IMG/VR virus record: IMGVR_UViG_3300020058_000046
Length of the DNA: 45,534 bases
Direction: 5' to 3' (one strand)
Origin: a virus
A program made the position numbers and the translations under genes. Numbering within the stretch: the stretch's first letter is position 1; each line of letters opens with the position of its first letter. A model generated the notes under the pieces. It did no database searches. It was not told the DNA's origin and was given only the letters and a program-made list of their open reading frames with translations. This document shows positions 41,509 to 45,534 of the stretch, one piece after another.

Positions 41509-41554
41509 AGGTGGGTCGGTTCACCGACCCACCTAATCGGGTCACCGACCCGAT
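41509..41554. promoter_or_regulatory. Two adjacent GC-rich hairpins/palindromes sharing TCACCGACCC
   Basis: AGGTGGGTCGG-ttca-CCGACCCACCT (11-bp stem) and ATCGGGTC-acc-GACCCGAT (8-bp stem). Confidence 0.85.
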
Positions 41555-41672
41555 GTCTTGCGATTCGACGAATCCGTCGAATCTGCACCGTACCGTCTGA
41601 CACCGTCTGCACACACACACCGCAATCGGCACCGACACGCGTATCGGTCACCCGTTCAATGTTCACGATACC

Positions 41673-42146
41673 ATGTCTTCGACAAAGGGTGACAGGTGGG
41701 AAAGAAATTATCGAAACGCGTTGTGTGCAACTGATTCCGAAGCCGACGCCGACGACATCGACCGCGTCGGTGTCGATAGTGTCGACGCCGTCGAACCGTT
41801 CGTCGCCGTTCGTATGCCGTCGTCAGGGTCGGCGACACGCGAAGACTTGCCCGACTTGCACGTCTGGTATGTTTCCGGGTCGGTCGTTCGGGAATTCGCC
41901 GTCGAAGTGAAAGCCGGTCGTGACAGGGTTAGATTGGATAATTCCGAAGTACCTGCACTTCGTCGGTATGCTGATTCGACCGCGTCTGAACCAATCGTGT
42001 TCGTACATATTGATTACGTCGGCGACTTCGTCGTGCCCGTCGACGACCTACACAGTACCGATAAAGGGTACACGTTCACCGAAAGTCGTGACGCCGGCGA
42101 CGCCGTCACATTCGCCGAATGGGTGCAGTCTGTGCCGACTGTTTAA
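41673..42146 (+). CDS. hjc: Holliday junction resolvase, archaeal Hjc-like, 157 aa
   Basis: KGDRWERNYRNAL...AVRMPSSGSATREDLPDLHV...FAVEVKAG...VRLDNSEVPAL fits the Hjc pattern G...E......L...G..v.R...SG.....PD..a......EvK. Confidence 0.7.
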   Translation: MSSTKGDRWERNYRNALCATDSEADADDIDRVGVDSVDAVEPFVAVRMPSSGSATREDLPDLHVWYVSGSVVREFAVEVKAGRDRVRLDNSEVPALRRYADSTASEPIVFVHIDYVGDFVVPVDDLHSTDKGYTFTESRDAGDAVTFAEWVQSVPTV

Positions 42147-42517
42147 TCGTCACTATCGGCGGGCGATTCGGAATCTGCCGACGACCCGCGAAACAGGATT
42201 GTGTCGATGTCGGCTTTGTCTGCAATCTTCTTTAGAAGTCTGTAATTCCTGTCCGTCTTGTTGTCGACTTCGTCGACCTTGTGTTCGACGCCGTCGACGC
42301 GTTCGCGCAAGGTCGAATTCGACTGTTCAAGGGTTTCAAAGCGGTCGTCTGTCGATTGTAAGTGCCCTTCGTCTAATTCCGTTCCGGCAAGGGTTTCGTA
42401 TGCGGGTTTCGCATACCGATAGTGCCTGACTGTAAGCCACACAAGCCAACTGAAAATTGACCCGAAGCCGAATGCGATTACCCACACGGCAAGGTTGGCA
42501 ACGACTGATTGCACCAT
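42143..42517 (-). CDS. Membrane-anchored coiled-coil protein, 124 aa, last gene of the tail module
   Basis: ATG at 42517 with a TTTAG box 26 nt upstream. TM helix VVANLAVWVIAFGFGSIFSWLVWLTV, then heptad-like ...LEQSNSTLRERVDGVEHKVDEVDNKTD... Confidence 0.7.
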   Translation of the reverse strand: MVQSVVANLAVWVIAFGFGSIFSWLVWLTVRHYRYAKPAYETLAGTELDEGHLQSTDDRFETLEQSNSTLRERVDGVEHKVDEVDNKTDRNYRLLKKIADKADIDTILFRGSSADSESPADSDD

Positions 42518-42560
42518 TGCCTGATTTCAAGGCACCCGGAACCTAAAGGTTCGCGTACTG
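42518..42560 (-). promoter_or_regulatory. Promoter-like box
   Basis: Minus strand has CCTTTAGGTTCC, then 26 nt, then ATG(42517). Confidence 0.45.
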
Positions 42561-42586
42561 TCTGTTATGTTGTTTATACGTCGCGC

Positions 42587-43000
42587 CTATTCCGCAACTA
42601 ACGTCAGTTGCCCGACTTCGATTTTGATTTCTGTGAAATCTTCAAGATTGCGCGTACTGTCTAACGCGGCAATTGCGACAAGTTCGTCACCCGATATCGA
42701 CGGTACATTGCCCAATATGAACACATGGTCGACCGTCTGTGACGAATCCGACGTGTCGAAAGTCAGGGTACTGTCGTTTTCGAAGCCGTACGAATCGCCG
42801 ACGACATCGGCACTTGTCGTCACCGACGACGACTGCCGACTGTATGCCGACCCGGTCGGTTCGGTCGTAATATCGGATTCGGTCGACGTGTCGTCTAACG
42901 AATCGTTCACCTGATTGTATAACCCGACGGTGACCGACTGCCCGTCTAAATTCGAATCGACGACCCATTCTTCGCCGTTGTCCGTGACTTCATTCGGCAT
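42587..43000 (-). CDS. Tail fibre-associated protein, 137 aa
   Basis: ATG at 43000. Ser/Thr/Asp-rich and beta-rich, with a pattern similar to the middle of 44608..45531 (..DD.S....D.T.EPTG....). Confidence 0.55.
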   Translation of the reverse strand: MPNEVTDNGEEWVVDSNLDGQSVTVGLYNQVNDSLDDTSTESDITTEPTGSAYSRQSSSVTTSADVVGDSYGFENDSTLTFDTSDSSQTVDHVFILGNVPSISGDELVAIAALDSTRNLEDFTEIKIEVGQLTLVAE

Positions 43001-43074
43001 ATCTGTGCGTTGTCGCCGTCATGCAATAGTCCTTTGCGAACGACCGTTTGAATAATCCAGATTGCGACATAGTT

Positions 43075-44577
43075 TTATAATTTAACGATATCGTCGAAGT
43101 AACAAATTGCCGTGTCATCACTAAACAAGGTCAGATTTATTCCCCAATCGTCGCGGTCATTAATAGATGGGGAAATATTAAGTGTTCCTACATTCACACC
43201 CGAATTATTTTGCACACGTAGTTCGACGGCACCAGATACAAAATCAAGACTGTACTTGTACCATTCAGGGTGGGATAAGCCGGGATTCAAACCGTTAGAT
43301 GTAGTTACTTGCGACCCGTCCCAATGCCTAAGAAATATTTCATCTCTGCCTTGAATATTCGCTGATAACCGACAGTCGACGTTTTCACTTGTTGATTCTG
43401 CACGCACCTGAAATACTGCGACAGGTCCAGCGTTCGGGTCGATGTGTTTTACCCACCATTCGACTGTGTCACCTTCTTGTGGGTAAATCGGCAATCCGTC
43501 ACCCGGAAAAGAACCTGCAGCCGGCGAATCATTGGCAGAGTTATTACTCTGTTCCATGCCGAACGACCCGGTCTTTGCCGCGTCACTTGTTACGTCGACA
43601 TACGCCGACCCGCCGACATCAGATAATGAATATTCCGACAAGTCGCCGTCTTCAAAGTCGTCGATTGTTTGTATTGCGGATACCGTCACCGTCGACACGG
43701 CAGTATCGTCGTCGGCAGTTAATCGCGCGTCGTAATCTTGTGCCGTTGTCGACGATTGCGTCGACCATGTCCATGTGTCCGATACTGTTGTGTTCGGTGA
43801 CACCTGCGAAAAGAAGACTGAATCTTCTTGTGTGTATGCCGATTCGGAATCATTGAAGGGTTTTATTTCAAGGGGCACAGTCACGTCGCCGGTGCCGTCG
43901 CCGTTGTTCGACAAGTCGCCGTCGACGGTAAGGTCGGACCCTTGCACGACCGGCGAATTCGTGCCGGTGATTGTGATTGCGAAGTCAGGGGCAACGATGT
44001 CGGTGGTCGTCGTGTCGGTGTCGTCGTCGGAATTGATACGCAAGTCGTACGTTCCGGTATCGGCATTACTGTCGACGAACCACGACCATGTGAACGACTT
44101 TGTGTCACCGGGTTGTATGTCACCTTCGCCGATGAATACGGACCCTTCTTGTGCGTATTCCGATTCGGATTCGGTCGATTTTTTCACTTCTAAGGGTATG
44201 CTTTCCGATGTCGCGGCAAAGTCGGCGTCGTTCGTCACGTCGGCATTCACGTCGACGGTTTCACCGGGTTGTGCCTGTTGTGTTCGGCTTGTAATCGTAA
44301 TCAGGTACACACCCGTCGCGTCGGTCACCGTTTCCGTCACCGCCGGCGTCAGGGGCACGTTCACCGTCTGTACTGTGCCACCGACGCCGAACGATTCGGT
44401 TACTGCCGGCGTTAGGTCGACCGTGATATTGTCCGATATGACATCGGCAATCGACGTTTCGGTCACACCCGGCGTTAACTGCACTTCGACGGCACCGGAT
44501 TCGAACCTGTCGACAAGGTCGGCGTCACGGACCACGCGCAACCGTTCTAACTTCGTCGATTCAAGCAAGTTCGACAT
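43075..44577 (-). CDS. Tail fibre / receptor-binding protein: two Ig-like (CARDB-type) repeats plus a C-terminal lectin/jelly-roll-like domain, 500 aa
   Basis: Internal repeat PLEVKKSTESESEYAQEGSVF...TKSFTWSW vs PLEIKPFNDSESAYTQEDSVF...VSDTWTWS. The last ~160 codons (43075-43560) are visibly AT-richer. Confidence 0.65.
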   Translation of the reverse strand: MSNLLESTKLERLRVVRDADLVDRFESGAVEVQLTPGVTETSIADVISDNITVDLTPAVTESFGVGGTVQTVNVPLTPAVTETVTDATGVYLITITSRTQQAQPGETVDVNADVTNDADFAATSESIPLEVKKSTESESEYAQEGSVFIGEGDIQPGDTKSFTWSWFVDSNADTGTYDLRINSDDDTDTTTTDIVAPDFAITITGTNSPVVQGSDLTVDGDLSNNGDGTGDVTVPLEIKPFNDSESAYTQEDSVFFSQVSPNTTVSDTWTWSTQSSTTAQDYDARLTADDDTAVSTVTVSAIQTIDDFEDGDLSEYSLSDVGGSAYVDVTSDAAKTGSFGMEQSNNSANDSPAAGSFPGDGLPIYPQEGDTVEWWVKHIDPNAGPVAVFQVRAESTSENVDCRLSANIQGRDEIFLRHWDGSQVTTSNGLNPGLSHPEWYKYSLDFVSGAVELRVQNNSGVNVGTLNISPSINDRDDWGINLTLFSDDTAICYFDDIVKL

Positions 44578-44607
44578 ACCTGACGACAGGGTCGGCAGGT
44601 GGTTAAA

Positions 44608-45531
44608 TTATTGCACCGTGACTTGTGCCTGCGTGACGAAACCACGGTCGTCGACTGTGATTGCGTGACTGTTGGCAAGCCACACAAGCCGGTTCGAATC
44701 GTCGTGAACACCCACCTGTACGATGTCGTACGGTGACCCGCCGGATACCGCCGAATCCGGCACAGACGCCGTCACGACGACAGACGTGCCGTCATGTGCC
44801 ACCGTCACCGACTGCCGCAAGACTTCATTCGGCAGTTGGTCGTAATCCTGTATCGTATCCTGCGTGTCGGAATACACGAATGCACGGAACGGGTCGGCAG
44901 GATTGGTCGACACGACCGCGTCGGCAATCTGTTCGAACGCGTACGGTGCCACCCATTGCGACGTACCACGGGCACGACCCGATATCGTGACTTCGGTTTC
45001 GAATTTTACGTCGTCGTTCGACGGGTCGACGCCGGTTGCGTCGAAGACTTCGCGTGTAAGCAAGGCACCGCCGTCGTCGATAATGCCGACTTCGTACCCG
45101 TTGTCGATGTACGACGGTGCCGCAATCGGGTCGGATTCGACGCGTACGTTCTTACCCGTCGCCGATACCGTCGCCGACACGTCGCCGGTCTTGTTGCTTA
45201 GTGTCGTGTCTGTCACGTCGGCGTCGTCGCCGGTGCCGTCACCGTATGCAATCTTGTCGGGCACCGACCCGTCGCCCGCCGTCGAAGCCGCGACAAGTTC
45301 ACGACCGCGTCGCGTCGATACCACCGACGACCGTGTCTGCCCGACTTCGGTGAACGGGTCGGTCGTGCCCGACGGTCGTGTGAATAGTGTCGTGTCGACA
45401 TCTAACTGCACGTACTGCCGACCATAGAACCGGGCACGTTCTTGTTGTGACGATACTGCGACGAACCGACCTTGCGTTCTATCTAAGTCCTTTCGCGTTT
45501 CGCCGACGATTGATTCAAGACTTCGGACCAT
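44608..45531 (-). CDS. Tail-tip / baseplate protein, 307 aa
   Basis: The ATG at 45531 lies in the terminal overlap. On the circle it follows 100..1560 with a 3-nt gap. Confidence 0.6.
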   Translation of the reverse strand: MVRSLESIVGETRKDLDRTQGRFVAVSSQQERARFYGRQYVQLDVDTTLFTRPSGTTDPFTEVGQTRSSVVSTRRGRELVAASTAGDGSVPDKIAYGDGTGDDADVTDTTLSNKTGDVSATVSATGKNVRVESDPIAAPSYIDNGYEVGIIDDGGALLTREVFDATGVDPSNDDVKFETEVTISGRARGTSQWVAPYAFEQIADAVVSTNPADPFRAFVYSDTQDTIQDYDQLPNEVLRQSVTVAHDGTSVVVTASVPDSAVSGGSPYDIVQVGVHDDSNRLVWLANSHAITVDDRGFVTQAQVTVQ

Positions 45532-45534
45532 TGC
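45436..45534. repeat. Second copy of the terminal 99-bp overlap
   Basis: Identical to 1-99. Confidence 0.95.

Noticed and set aside
43075-44577. A diversity-generating retroelement or other hypervariation system acting on the fibre gene.
   Set aside because: No reverse transcriptase gene and no template/variable repeat pair were found. The internal repeats are ordinary diverged Ig-like domain duplications.
1-45534. A lysogeny module (integrase, excisionase, attP) or a plasmid-type partition system.
   Set aside because: No tyrosine or serine recombinase motifs and no ParA/ParB-like proteins were recognised. The tRNA gene is complete and not adjacent to any recombinase. A temperate lifestyle cannot be supported from this sequence.

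Overview
The window is a complete, circularly closed genome of a tailed dsDNA virus of a halophilic archaeon. The first 99 bp recur at the end, so the unit length is 45,435 bp. Supporting evidence: (1) strongly acidic predicted proteins; (2) archaeal BRE/TATA promoters placed about 26 nt before start codons, implying leaderless mRNAs; (3) a PCNA, a TFB-like factor and an Hjc-type resolvase; (4) an HK97-type morphogenesis module with a long tape measure, which points to a siphovirus-like virion. I call about 62 CDS. About 55 are on the minus strand and tightly packed, many with ATGA/GTGA/TTGA stop-start overlaps. Three small plus-strand islands lie at 20099-20554, 38406-40625 and 41673-42146. 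There is one tRNA-Leu(UAA).

Modules, in minus-strand reading order:
- 38305->29287: replication/early genes (unknown large proteins, tRNA, PCNA, a 1053-aa acidic repeat protein).
- 29232->23642: cassette-like mini-operons of small acidic, Zn-ribbon and HTH proteins.
- 23542->20568: membrane proteins plus the large terminase.
- 17724->5550: portal, protease-scaffold, capsid, connectors and tail tube.
- 5038->100, continuing around the circle 45531->42143: tail chaperones, tape measure, tail tip and fibre.

No integrase, DNA polymerase, helicase, CRISPR array or rRNA was seen.

Most unusual observations:
- A roughly 55-75 nt promoter/5'-end cassette is reused seven times, so unrelated genes all begin MVRHT (MVRHTDADD in four of the seven).
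- A virus-encoded TFB-like protein lacks the Zn-ribbon.
- A ~145-bp phased-repeat element sits at the end of four transcription units, and pieces of it also occur in frame inside genes.
- Conserved stop/start linker sequences join shuffled mini-operons.
- The GAG/CTC trinucleotide and the GATC, CTAG and AGCT tetranucleotides appear almost absent genome-wide.
- A repeat-dense divergent control region looks like an operator or origin.

All domain names come from motif recognition by eye, not from database searches.
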